A stretch of 35,849 nucleotides of DNA. Source: an uncultured Dehalococcoidales bacterium (GTDB taxonomy: Bacteria; Chloroflexota; Dehalococcoidia; Dehalococcoidales; UBA2162). The notes beneath the pieces were generated by a model, which was given only the letters and a program-made list of their open reading frames with translations, searched no databases and was not told the origin of the DNA. The DNA lies in NCBI GenBank assembly GCA_964354005.1, contig CAYGYD010000003.1, positions 1 through 35,849 on the forward strand, written 5' to 3'. The stretch's first letter is position 1. Each line of letters opens with the position of its first letter. Positions 7,333-15,267 of this stretch are shown here, piece by piece. Made by a program: the position numbers and the translations under genes.

Positions 7333-7361
7333 ATTGTAACAGCAAAGATGACCAACTGCAA
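7333..7361 (-). promoter_or_regulatory. sigma70-like promoter (TTGCAG-17-TACAAT) aimed at the tRNA fragment
   Basis: On the reverse strand, TTGCAG is at 7356-7361, followed by a 17-nt spacer and TACAAT at 7333-7338. The -10 element lies 42 nt upstream of the tRNA 5' end. Confidence 0.5.
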
Positions 7362-7452
7362 TCCGTAACGGGAAAATAGCCCTGCCACTGCCACGCTCAT
7401 TTGATTACGCAGTGGCAACTGTTGTAAAGTGAGCGAGAAAGTTTGGCTTTAG

Positions 7453-8781
7453 GTGGCGATGAGACACATCAGCAACAAGCTCCATCTCGTTGCTTTCGGG
7501 CTGATTTTAGGTGCGGCCGCTTTTTTCAGATTCTGGGCGGCTCCCCTTTCGGCTGGCGTTGATGTTGCCCAGTTTTGGGCGTTTGCCAAGGTTTTCCAGC
7601 TCCACGGCCTTGATTTTTATCGGTATGCGGCTGGTAATGCGGCTATCTTCCCTTTCCCAGGCTGGGCTTTCGTCTATCCGCCGGTATGGCTTCTGATGCT
7701 AGGCCTATCCATGCTAGCGGCACCGGCAAGTTCCGCCACGGACTTCATGGTGGATGCTAGCTGGCGGTTGGCGATGAAGACCCCGATTATATTCGCCGAC
7801 CTGGCTATAGGCGGCCTCATATACTGGGCTGTGCCCGGCGCGAAATGGCGGAAACTTCTGTTCGCCAGCCTGTGGTTGTTTCATCCTACCGCCTGGTACG
7901 AATCGGCTGTCTTCGGGCAGTTTGACGCCATAGCCGCCGCTTTCCTGTTGGCCTCACTGATTTTATGCGAGCGGGGAAAGGACAGGCTGGCATTCCTGCT
8001 CGCTGGCTTAGCGGCGATGACCAAGCAACATACACTAATACCGATAGTACTCATGGTGGTGATAAGCGCACGCCACATTCCCAAGCGCCGACTCCTCAGC
8101 GATTGTTTTATCTTTCTAGCCGTTGTGGTATTTCTATCTATCCCCTTTTTGCTTACGGGAAACTTCTATCCTTATGCCCGCTCACTGTTCGTACCGGCGT
8201 GGGCGCCAGGTTACCAGCATCCCTTGGTATATGCCTTCAGTGGGAGCAGTGCTCTTCTTACCTACCTGCACGATATCTTCGGCTGGGAGACTAAGGGCCT
8301 TATGCAGCTCAATCTGCCCATACTGGCTATTGCCTTGCTCGCTGTCCTTGTATTGAGTTACCGGAGGTCAATTACTCTGACACAAGGTGTGCTTCTTGGC
8401 TTCCTTCTCTTCCTCGGCCTCTCCTATCAGGTCAACTACCAGTATCTCGTGATATACATACCAGTGGCAATACTGGTAGCTTCCAGGACACAGTATAGAA
8501 GCGAAAGAGCTTTTACTTTGGTGCTGGCCCTGCTTCCCGCTGTGTGGCTATGGCTTTTTGATGTTTCTTTCTGGTTCAACTACTTCACTCCCAAAAACTC
8601 CTGGGTCACACCTATATTTGGCCGTATCGGCTTAACTCACTATGTGCCCGATTATGCTTATGTGTCTCTGGCTACGGTGCTCATGGCTCTTTTCCTGACC
8701 TATGTGGTGCTCATTTTTGTGCGGTGGCATCGTCAACCGCTAAGACCACTATCGCAGTCATTGACAAAACCGGTGGCATAA
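7453..8781 (+). CDS. polytopic membrane protein, GT-C-fold glycosyltransferase-like (DUF2029/PMT-like)
   Basis: 442 aa and highly hydrophobic, with about 10 or more TM segments. The N-terminal FFRFWAAPLSAGVDVAQFW...HGLDFY loop pattern matches GT-C mannosyl/arabinosyltransferase-like proteins. The start is GTG 7453 or ATG 7459. Confidence 0.55.
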   Translation: MAMRHISNKLHLVAFGLILGAAAFFRFWAAPLSAGVDVAQFWAFAKVFQLHGLDFYRYAAGNAAIFPFPGWAFVYPPVWLLMLGLSMLAAPASSATDFMVDASWRLAMKTPIIFADLAIGGLIYWAVPGAKWRKLLFASLWLFHPTAWYESAVFGQFDAIAAAFLLASLILCERGKDRLAFLLAGLAAMTKQHTLIPIVLMVVISARHIPKRRLLSDCFIFLAVVVFLSIPFLLTGNFYPYARSLFVPAWAPGYQHPLVYAFSGSSALLTYLHDIFGWETKGLMQLNLPILAIALLAVLVLSYRRSITLTQGVLLGFLLFLGLSYQVNYQYLVIYIPVAILVASRTQYRSERAFTLVLALLPAVWLWLFDVSFWFNYFTPKNSWVTPIFGRIGLTHYVPDYAYVSLATVLMALFLTYVVLIFVRWHRQPLRPLSQSLTKPVA

Positions 8782-8867
8782 TGAGCCGGATTACATGAAG
8801 CCCTCCAATTGACAGCTGTGACTCCATTCCACAGACAGCCCGCTTTGTGCTATAGTGTAAGCTAATT

Positions 8868-10388
8868 ATGCTGGCCAAAGTTATGACCTGCGCTATCGTC
8901 GGGCTGGATGGCGCCATTGTTGAGGTGGAAACAGATATTTCCCCCGGGCTGCCCTTCTTTGCCATCGTCGGCTTGCCGGATACAGCGGTACAGGAAGCCA
9001 AAGAAAGGGTCAGGGCGGCTATCCGCAACTCCGGCTGCACCTTCCCGATGAAGCGCATCGTGGTCAACCTGGCCCCCGCCGACCTCAAGAAAGCCGGGCC
9101 GGCCTACGACCTGCCCATCGCCATGGGTATCCTGCTCAGTTCCGAGCAGGTCTCCGCCGACCTCTCCAAAACGATTCTCCTGGGTGAATTGTCATTGGAC
9201 GGCGGTCTGCGCCACACCAGTGGCGTCCTGCCCATGGTGGCGCTGGCCTATGGGCAGGGATTCTCCGACATCATCGTGCCGGAAGCTGATGTCAAAGAAG
9301 CATCCCTGATAGAAGGAACCAAGGTCGTTCCCTTCAACTCGCTGGCCCAACTGGTCAGCTATCTCCGTGGTGAGATACCGGCCCCGGAGTATAAAGCCGA
9401 AAAGGTTGAAGAATACGAGGCTCCGCTTTCCTCGGCGAGCGACCTGGCTTACATCAAAGGCCAGGAACACGCCAAGCGGGCTCTGGAGGTGGCCGCCGCC
9501 GGCGGTCACAACCTGGTGATGATGGGGCCGCCAGGCAGCGGCAAAACTCTCCTCGCCCGTGCTCTCCCCTCAATAATGCCGCCCCTGACCAATGAGGAAG
9601 CCCTGGAGGTCACTAAAATCTATAGCGTGGCTGGGCTTTTGCCCTCGGATACCCCCTTAATCCGGCAGCGACCCTTCCGCGCCCCGCACTACACCATCTC
9701 CAACGCTGGCCTGGTGGGGGGTGGGCACATGCCCAAGCCGGGCGAAATCAGCCTCAGCCACCGCGGCGTTCTCTTCCTGGACGAGTTGCCTGAATTCGGG
9801 CATACCCTGCTGGAAACCCTGCGCCAACCACTGGAAGACAAGGTCATTACTATCAGTCGCGCTCACGGCAGTGTCATGTTCCCGGCCAACTTTATGCTCG
9901 TGGGTGCCATGAACCCCTGCCCTTGTGGCTATTACGGCGACCCCGTTAGACAATGCACCTGTCCGCCCGGAGTAGTCTCCCGTTATCAGCGACGAATGAG
10001 CGGGCCCTTCATCGACCGCGTGGACATATTTATTGAAGTGCCCCATATTGACTACGAGAAGCTGGCTGATGAACGATTGGGCGAAAAGTCAGAGCGAGTG
10101 CAGGCGAGGGTAGTGGCCGCCCGCACCCGACAACTCGTGCGCTTCAGTGGCACCAAACTGACCGGTAACGCCGAGATGACGCCGAGTGAAGTGAGAGCGT
10201 TTTGTCAGGTGGAGGCGTCAGCCCAGAGTCTTCTGAAGGCGGCGATGAAACAACTCTACCTCTCCGCCCGTGCCTTCCATCGTATCCTCAAACTGGCCCG
10301 GACGATTGCCGACCTGGATAATGGTGATATCATCAAAGCCCACCACCTGGCTGAAGCCATTCAGTACCGACCAAGGACAACATTGTAG
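8868..10388 (+). CDS. comM: YifB/ComM-family Mg-chelatase-like AAA+ protein
   Basis: 506 aa. The N-terminal Lon-like domain reads AIVGLDGAIVEVETDISPGLPFFAIVGLPDTAVQEAKERVRAAI. Walker A is GPPGSGKT, LFLDELPEF is present, and there is a C-terminal Mg-chelatase ChlI-like region. Confidence 0.9.
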   Translation: MLAKVMTCAIVGLDGAIVEVETDISPGLPFFAIVGLPDTAVQEAKERVRAAIRNSGCTFPMKRIVVNLAPADLKKAGPAYDLPIAMGILLSSEQVSADLSKTILLGELSLDGGLRHTSGVLPMVALAYGQGFSDIIVPEADVKEASLIEGTKVVPFNSLAQLVSYLRGEIPAPEYKAEKVEEYEAPLSSASDLAYIKGQEHAKRALEVAAAGGHNLVMMGPPGSGKTLLARALPSIMPPLTNEEALEVTKIYSVAGLLPSDTPLIRQRPFRAPHYTISNAGLVGGGHMPKPGEISLSHRGVLFLDELPEFGHTLLETLRQPLEDKVITISRAHGSVMFPANFMLVGAMNPCPCGYYGDPVRQCTCPPGVVSRYQRRMSGPFIDRVDIFIEVPHIDYEKLADERLGEKSERVQARVVAARTRQLVRFSGTKLTGNAEMTPSEVRAFCQVEASAQSLLKAAMKQLYLSARAFHRILKLARTIADLDNGDIIKAHHLAEAIQYRPRTTL

Positions 10389-10405
10389 ATAAGGAGGTAG
10401 CAATC

Positions 10406-10663
10406 ATGCCAGTAGGCGACTTCTTCGGTTATATTGCCGGAGCCGTGGCCACCGGCAGTCTTATCCCGCAGGTACTCCGCGTCTTCAAACTGAGGAGCGC
10501 CCGCGAAATCAGCCTGCTCTTCACCTCCCTGCTGCTGGTCGGCATCCTGCTGTGGCTGGCTTACGGTATTTACTTCCGTCTCGTCCCGCTTATGTTGTGG
10601 AACTCAACCTCGGCCGTTCTCGTCGCTCTACTGCTGTATGCCAAGCTGAAGTACGGGCGATAA
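10406..10663 (+). CDS. SemiSWEET / PQ-loop family sugar transporter
   Basis: 85 aa with three TM helices and a PQ motif (SLIPQVLRVFK). AAGGAGG lies upstream. Confidence 0.75.
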   Translation: MPVGDFFGYIAGAVATGSLIPQVLRVFKLRSAREISLLFTSLLLVGILLWLAYGIYFRLVPLMLWNSTSAVLVALLLYAKLKYGR

Positions 10664-11875
10664 ATGAAAGCCATTGAAAAACGGGCCGTCTTTTTTACGG
10701 CTATCTGTCATGCTCTGAACCACATCTTTGAGCTGACCTACGGAGTGGTTCTGATTGGTATCGCTGAGGAGTTCGGGGCTGGCCTTTTTATTCTGGGCGT
10801 GCTGGCCAATGTGGCCGGCTTCGCCTTCGGTCTGGCGGCGATACCTTCGGGTTTCCTGGCCGACCGCATTGGTGAGAGACGACTCCTCCTGTTCTTCTGT
10901 CTGGGCTCAGGCATTGCCTCCATTATCGTCGGCTTATCGCCCAATATCTATGTCTTGGGTGTGGCGCTGGCGGTCCTGGGCTTAGCGCTGGGCATCTTCC
11001 ACCCGGCCGGGTCAGCTTTCATTACCAAAGCCACCCGGAATCGAGGCAGCGCCTTCGGTTATTTCGGGGTGGGTGGTAACCTGGGAGTGGCTCTGGGGCC
11101 GATAATGGCCGGGGCCATCGCCTCGTCTCTGAACTGGCGAGCGCCCTACTTCATCTTCGCCATCCCCGCTCTGCTCATGGCGGCCCTGTTATATTCCTTC
11201 GCCCGCGCCGAAATCCCAACCGTCACCGAAACCATGGCCCGCACCGGCCCTGGGCAGACCCGTTTCAAGTCAATCATCCTGCCGCTGGCGCTTATCTTTC
11301 TGGCCTCAGCCATGAACGGGCTGGTCTATCGCGGACTGGTGACCTTTTTACCTTTGTACCTCAGTCAGCGTGTCCAATTTACCTTTCTGAACTGGAGTAG
11401 CCTGGCACTGGCTGGCTCTTTTACCACTGTGGCCCTCACCTTTGGTGTCATTGGTCAGTTACTGGGCGGTTACCTGTGCGACCGCCAGCGCCACGAGACG
11501 CTCGCCCTCATCGTGGCCATCATCGCTGTCCCGGTACTTCTGGTAATGGGCCATAGCCAAGGACTCTGGCTGATGCTGGTGGCTATCGTCACCGCCTTCT
11601 TCCACTTTATGGGTCAACCGATTTTCAATAACCTTGTCGCCGACTACACCCCGGTTGACTGGCGCGGTCGCAGCTACGGTATTTCCTACTTCTGTAGCTT
11701 CGGCCTCGGCTCATTCTCGGCCACTATCCTGGGTTATATCGCCGAGCGCTTTGGTCTCACCTGGATTTTTATGACCTTGGCCGGCGTCGCGCTCATCGCC
11801 CTGATATGCGTGGTGGCTCTCCTGGTGAGAGCACTGCGAGCTTCAAAACCAGGACTAGCCCCCGGACTTACCTAA
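10664..11875 (+). CDS. MFS transporter
   Basis: 403 aa with about 12 TM segments and the MFS loop motif GFLADRIGERR. The start abuts the SemiSWEET stop. Confidence 0.85.
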   Translation: MKAIEKRAVFFTAICHALNHIFELTYGVVLIGIAEEFGAGLFILGVLANVAGFAFGLAAIPSGFLADRIGERRLLLFFCLGSGIASIIVGLSPNIYVLGVALAVLGLALGIFHPAGSAFITKATRNRGSAFGYFGVGGNLGVALGPIMAGAIASSLNWRAPYFIFAIPALLMAALLYSFARAEIPTVTETMARTGPGQTRFKSIILPLALIFLASAMNGLVYRGLVTFLPLYLSQRVQFTFLNWSSLALAGSFTTVALTFGVIGQLLGGYLCDRQRHETLALIVAIIAVPVLLVMGHSQGLWLMLVAIVTAFFHFMGQPIFNNLVADYTPVDWRGRSYGISYFCSFGLGSFSATILGYIAERFGLTWIFMTLAGVALIALICVVALLVRALRASKPGLAPGLT

Positions 11876-11972
11876 AGTAGTAGGTAAAATTAGTAAAAAA
11901 ATCCTTCTCAGGCTCTTGACATTCTAAGCGTAATGGTTTACGCTTTATACTCAAAAAAGAGGAGGTGCCCAG

Positions 11973-12113
11973 ATGCAAGCGTACTGTGTTAAGTGCCGCG
12001 CCAAGAGAGAAATGAGGAATGCCAAGGCCATCACCATGAAGAATGGCAAGCCGGCGACTCAGGGTGTATGCCCGGTGTGCGGCACCAAGATGTTCCGAAT
12101 CGGGAAAGCCTAG
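11973..12113 (+). CDS. small zinc-ribbon protein, DUF5679-like (46 aa)
   Basis: Missed by the ORF track because it is under 60 aa. The peptide is MQAYCVKCRAKREMRNAKAITMKNGKPATQGVCPVCGTKMFRIGKA, with CxxC..CxxC. AGAGGAGG precedes ATG 11973. Two hairpins follow at 12133-12165 and 12191-12222. Confidence 0.75.
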   Translation: MQAYCVKCRAKREMRNAKAITMKNGKPATQGVCPVCGTKMFRIGKA

Positions 12114-12190
12114 AATCTCCATTAGCTGAAATCCACTCAAACTAATCACAGTATCAGTTTGGTGGGGTAGCTGGGCGTCTTTGGCCTTTG

Positions 12191-12222
12191 AAGAGGCGCA
12201 TAATTATCTTTATGCGTCTTTT
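12191..12222 (+). terminator. hairpin terminator after the DUF5679-like gene
   Basis: AAGAGGCGCATAA-ttatct-TTATGCGTCTTTT. The 7-bp core CGCATAA/TTATGCG is extended by G:U/A:U pairs into the T-run. Confidence 0.5.
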
Positions 12223-12304
12223 AAAAGTCAAAGCATGCTTTGTTGCATTCTATTTCCCTTAAGACACACGGCCTCAGATTCAGCCGAACCTGCGTGGAAT
12301 GCTA

Positions 12305-12334
12305 TTGACTTTACGGGCGATAGTATTTTATGCT
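12305..12334 (+). promoter_or_regulatory. possible promoter TTGACT-18-TATGCT
   Basis: TTGACT at 12305-12310 and TATGCT at 12329-12334, about 24 nt upstream of ATG 12358. AAGGAGGG is at 12342-12349. Confidence 0.35.
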
Positions 12335-12357
12335 TAATACTAAGGAGGGAAAAGAAT

Positions 12358-12573
12358 ATGGCAGAGAAAAAAGCGGCAACGGCCAAGAAGGCCATAGCAA
12401 GAAGGACCACTGCCAAGAAGGCGGTGGCCAAGGGCGATTCCTATGTGTGCGGTGTGTGCGGGCTGGCAGTAACCGTGGATGAAGTCTGCGGCTGTGTCGA
12501 TGTCTGCGACATAATTTGCTGTGGCAAACCCATGAAACCCAAGAAGGTCAAGGTTAAGGCAGCCAAAAAGTAA
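12358..12573 (+). CDS. Lys/Ala-tailed Cys-rich miniprotein with a desulforedoxin-like CxxC...CC core (71 aa)
   Basis: MAEKKAATAKKAIARRTTAKKAVAKGDSYVCGVCGLAVTVDEVCGCVDVCDIICCGKPMKPKKVKVKAAKK. Its YxCxxCG..V.V....CCG.pM pattern resembles desulforedoxin or the Dfx N-domain. The longer 130-aa track ORF was trimmed because the extension spans a terminator and lacks an SD. Confidence 0.7.
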   Translation: MAEKKAATAKKAIARRTTAKKAVAKGDSYVCGVCGLAVTVDEVCGCVDVCDIICCGKPMKPKKVKVKAAKK

Positions 12574-12595
12574 GATTTGTCTGCTGGTATCCGGT

Positions 12596-12631
12596 AAGAG
12601 GCTGGGCGTGCCCCGACACGCCCAGCCTCTT
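12596..12631 (+). terminator. strong hairpin terminator (15-bp perfect stem)
   Basis: AAGAGGCTGGGCGTG-ccccga-CACGCCCAGCCTCTT followed by GATTTAT. It lies 23 nt after the stop at 12573. Confidence 0.65.
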
Positions 12632-12680
12632 GATTTATAGTAAGCCCGCCCGCCACATGTCAATCGAAGGTGTTCGTCTT

Positions 12681-12710
12681 TTGACTTGCCCCTTCGGTTG
12701 TTAGTATACT
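12681..12710 (+). promoter_or_regulatory. sigma70-like promoter of iorAB (TTGACT-18-TATACT)
   Basis: TTGACT at 12681-12686 and TATACT at 12705-12710. GGAGG at 12728-12732 precedes ATG 12742. Confidence 0.55.
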
Positions 12711-12741
12711 GGCCAAAGGTATAGTACGGAGGTAAGTCCAG

Positions 12742-14649
12742 ATGCCAGCGATTGATGTTGATGCGCCAGGTACGATGATGCTCTTGATGGGTAATGAGGC
12801 GATTGCTCGTGGTGCGCTTGAGGCCGGTATCGGCTTTGCCGCATCATATCCCGGCACACCCTCGTCCGAGATTCTGCCCGCCATCGCTGAAGTGGCCAAG
12901 CGGCGCGGCCTTTATGCTGAGTGGTCGGTGAATGAGATGGTGGCCATGGAGGCGGCCACTGGTGCGGCGCTGGCCGGCGTCCGTGCCCTGACCCCGATGA
13001 AACAGAATGGGGTGGCCGTTATCCCTGACTTTCTGGCGACCTTGGCTATGAGCGGTACGGTGGCCGGACTGGTGCTGGTGAGTTGCGATGACCCCAGTGG
13101 TAGAAACAGCCCCAATGAGCAGGACACACGGCCGGCCGCCAAATGGCTGGGTCTCCCGGTAGTGGAGCCGGGAAACTTCCAGGAAGCCAAGGATATGACC
13201 AAATGGCTCTTTGACCTTTCCGAGGAAATAAAGGGTATCTGCATGCTTCGGTGTGTCAGTAAGATTTCCCATACCCGGGGCAATGTTAGGTTGGGTGAAC
13301 TGCCCCAAAAGGAGCAGAAGGCGTGCTATGACCTCAGCCGGGTACCCCGCTTGGCCAATCCGGCTGGACACGCCGCCCTGCTGAAGAAACTGGAGAAGGC
13401 ACGGGAGATATTTGAGACTTCAACCTTTAACTGGTATGTTGGGCCAGATAGTCCGGAATTGCTAATAGTCACCTGTGGTGCCTGCTGGCTCTACTCGCGC
13501 GAGGCGGTGAAGATACTTAATCTAGAAAACAAGGTGGGAATCTTGAAGTTGGGCACGCTCTGGCCACTGCCTGAAAAATTGGTGACCGGGTATCTGGTGA
13601 AAGCACCAAAGGTCTTATTCTTTGAAGAGATTGACCCCTTCCTGGAAGAGAGCGTAATGGAAGCGGCGGCCAATCTGCCCCCCGCCAGTCCCCGCCCAAT
13701 TTTCTATGGCAAGCGTTCCGGCCATATCAATGCCTACGGTGAGCAGGACCCGAACGCCATAATTCGCGCCCTGTCCAAAATTATGAATGTTCCTTATCAA
13801 TTCCGGGGTGGCGAGTATGACAAACAGGCTGATGAAGTTGCCCAGAAGTATGTCATCATGCGCAGTGGTACTCTGTGTCCCGGCTGTCCGCATAAGGCCG
13901 CTTTCTGGGTCATTAAGAACGCCCTCAGGCTGGACGGTCGCTACGGCTTTGTCACCGGGGATATCGGCTGTTACACTGCTGGACTGGGCCCGGGTGGTTT
14001 TTCCGTGGTCAAGACCATCTATTGCATGGGCGCCGGTGCCGGAGTCGCCAGCGGCTTGGGGCAGTTGGGGAGATTCGGCTTCACTCAGCCGGTGATTGCG
14101 GCCTGCGGCGATTCTACCTTCTACCATGCCGCTATCCCGGCGCTCATCAATGGTGTTTATAATAATGCCAACTTTATCCTGGCCGTCTTTGATAATAGCG
14201 CCACATCCATGACCGGCTTCCAGCCTCATCCTGGCACCGGAGTCACGGCGATGGGTGAGCCAGCCCCGGTGGTCAGCATTGAGGCCCTGTGTCGCTCGAT
14301 GGGGATACGGACTGAAATCTGTGACCCCTTTGACATCAAGAACGCCACGGCCACACTGCTTGACTTAATGGCCATGGACGGCGGCCCACGGGTCATCATC
14401 ATGCGCCGCGAGTGCGAGTTGATACGCGCCCGGCGAGAGGAGCCGCCGTATAGAGTCTACATTGACGCCAGTAAGTGTGTCGGGGCAAGCTGTGGCTGCG
14501 ACCGGCTGTGCACGCGTATCTTCGCCTGTACCGGGCTGAGATGGAATCGGGAGAGGGGCAAGGCGGAGATAGACGAGCTTATCTGCTCCGGCTGCGGACT
14601 CTGCGCCGATATTTGTCCCCAGGGGGCGATTATCCGGGAGGCATTATGA
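12742..14649 (+). CDS. iorA: indolepyruvate:ferredoxin oxidoreductase, alpha subunit
   Basis: 635 aa. The N-terminus is LLMGNEAIARGALEAGIGFAASYPGTPSSEI. The TPP region is GDIGCY..GDSTFYH. The C-terminal 2x[4Fe-4S] ferredoxin motifs are CxxxxCxC..C and CSGCGLCADICP. Confidence 0.9.
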   Translation: MPAIDVDAPGTMMLLMGNEAIARGALEAGIGFAASYPGTPSSEILPAIAEVAKRRGLYAEWSVNEMVAMEAATGAALAGVRALTPMKQNGVAVIPDFLATLAMSGTVAGLVLVSCDDPSGRNSPNEQDTRPAAKWLGLPVVEPGNFQEAKDMTKWLFDLSEEIKGICMLRCVSKISHTRGNVRLGELPQKEQKACYDLSRVPRLANPAGHAALLKKLEKAREIFETSTFNWYVGPDSPELLIVTCGACWLYSREAVKILNLENKVGILKLGTLWPLPEKLVTGYLVKAPKVLFFEEIDPFLEESVMEAAANLPPASPRPIFYGKRSGHINAYGEQDPNAIIRALSKIMNVPYQFRGGEYDKQADEVAQKYVIMRSGTLCPGCPHKAAFWVIKNALRLDGRYGFVTGDIGCYTAGLGPGGFSVVKTIYCMGAGAGVASGLGQLGRFGFTQPVIAACGDSTFYHAAIPALINGVYNNANFILAVFDNSATSMTGFQPHPGTGVTAMGEPAPVVSIEALCRSMGIRTEICDPFDIKNATATLLDLMAMDGGPRVIIMRRECELIRARREEPPYRVYIDASKCVGASCGCDRLCTRIFACTGLRWNRERGKAEIDELICSGCGLCADICPQGAIIREAL

Positions 14650-15266
14650 CGCTAAAAACTCTAATTAAAGACCCGTTGAACCTCATTATCGTGGGCGTGG
14701 CCGGGCAGGGTAATGTGGTCATATCCCTCCTTATCGGCAATAGTCTGGTAAGGGAAGGCTATTGGGTGACTTTCGGTCAGACCTATCCGGCACAGCAGAG
14801 AGGTGGGACAGTCATCAACTATATCCGTATCTCTCAGGAGATGGAGTACAGTCCCATCCTGCCCTACGGATATGCCGATGTAGTACTGGGTATGGAGCCG
14901 GTGGAGACTCTGCGGATGCTGAGGCAATACGGTAATCCCGGTACCATCACCATCGTCAACCCCCGACCCATATATAGCATTGACATCGGGGGTGGGGCTG
15001 CGGCCGAATATCCTGATTTGGATAAGCTGCTCGCGGCCATCAGGTCGCTGTCAGCGAAGACCTGGGTGGTGAAGGCTACGGAGGAGGCACGGCAACTGGG
15101 CAACCCGATTCTGGCCAATGTCCTGCTCACCGGTGCTCTCATTGGCACCGGTGTCCTGCCCCTGGATGCTAAATCGCTTGAGCCAGCGCTATTGGAGCGT
15201 TTCCCTGACCAGTTTGAGCTTAATGTAACGGCTTTGAAACGGGGCATCGCTCTGGTGACATCGTAA
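14646..15266 (+). CDS. iorB: indolepyruvate:ferredoxin oxidoreductase, beta subunit
   Basis: 206 aa, trimmed to an ATG that overlaps the iorA stop (ATGA). NLIIVGVAGQGNVVISLLIG is the typical IorB/POR-gamma N-terminus. Confidence 0.85.
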   Translation: MTLKTLIKDPLNLIIVGVAGQGNVVISLLIGNSLVREGYWVTFGQTYPAQQRGGTVINYIRISQEMEYSPILPYGYADVVLGMEPVETLRMLRQYGNPGTITIVNPRPIYSIDIGGGAAAEYPDLDKLLAAIRSLSAKTWVVKATEEARQLGNPILANVLLTGALIGTGVLPLDAKSLEPALLERFPDQFELNVTALKRGIALVTS

Positions 15267-15267
15267 C

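Noticed and set aside
8853-8870. Leaderless or very short-leader comM transcript (TATAGT 11 nt before ATG 8868, no SD)
   Set aside because: Only a -10-like hexamer is visible, with no convincing -35 element. This is too weak to call without TSS data.
11916-11951. TTGACA ... TATACT as the promoter of the DUF5679-like gene
   Set aside because: The spacer is 24 nt, too long for a canonical sigma70 promoter. It contains a GCGTAA-4-TTACGC palindrome. It is left uncalled.
12181-12357. N-terminal extension of the Lys-tailed miniprotein (130-aa version)
   Set aside because: The extension runs through the terminator hairpin of the upstream gene and a candidate promoter. The internal ATG at 12358 has AAGGAGGG upstream.
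14475-14645. N-terminal extensions of iorB (263-aa version) and of the BcrB-like gene (33580-33645)
   Set aside because: Both extensions overlap the preceding gene in another frame. The internal starts give the canonical N-termini and coupling geometry (an ATGA overlap for iorB and an SD for 33646).
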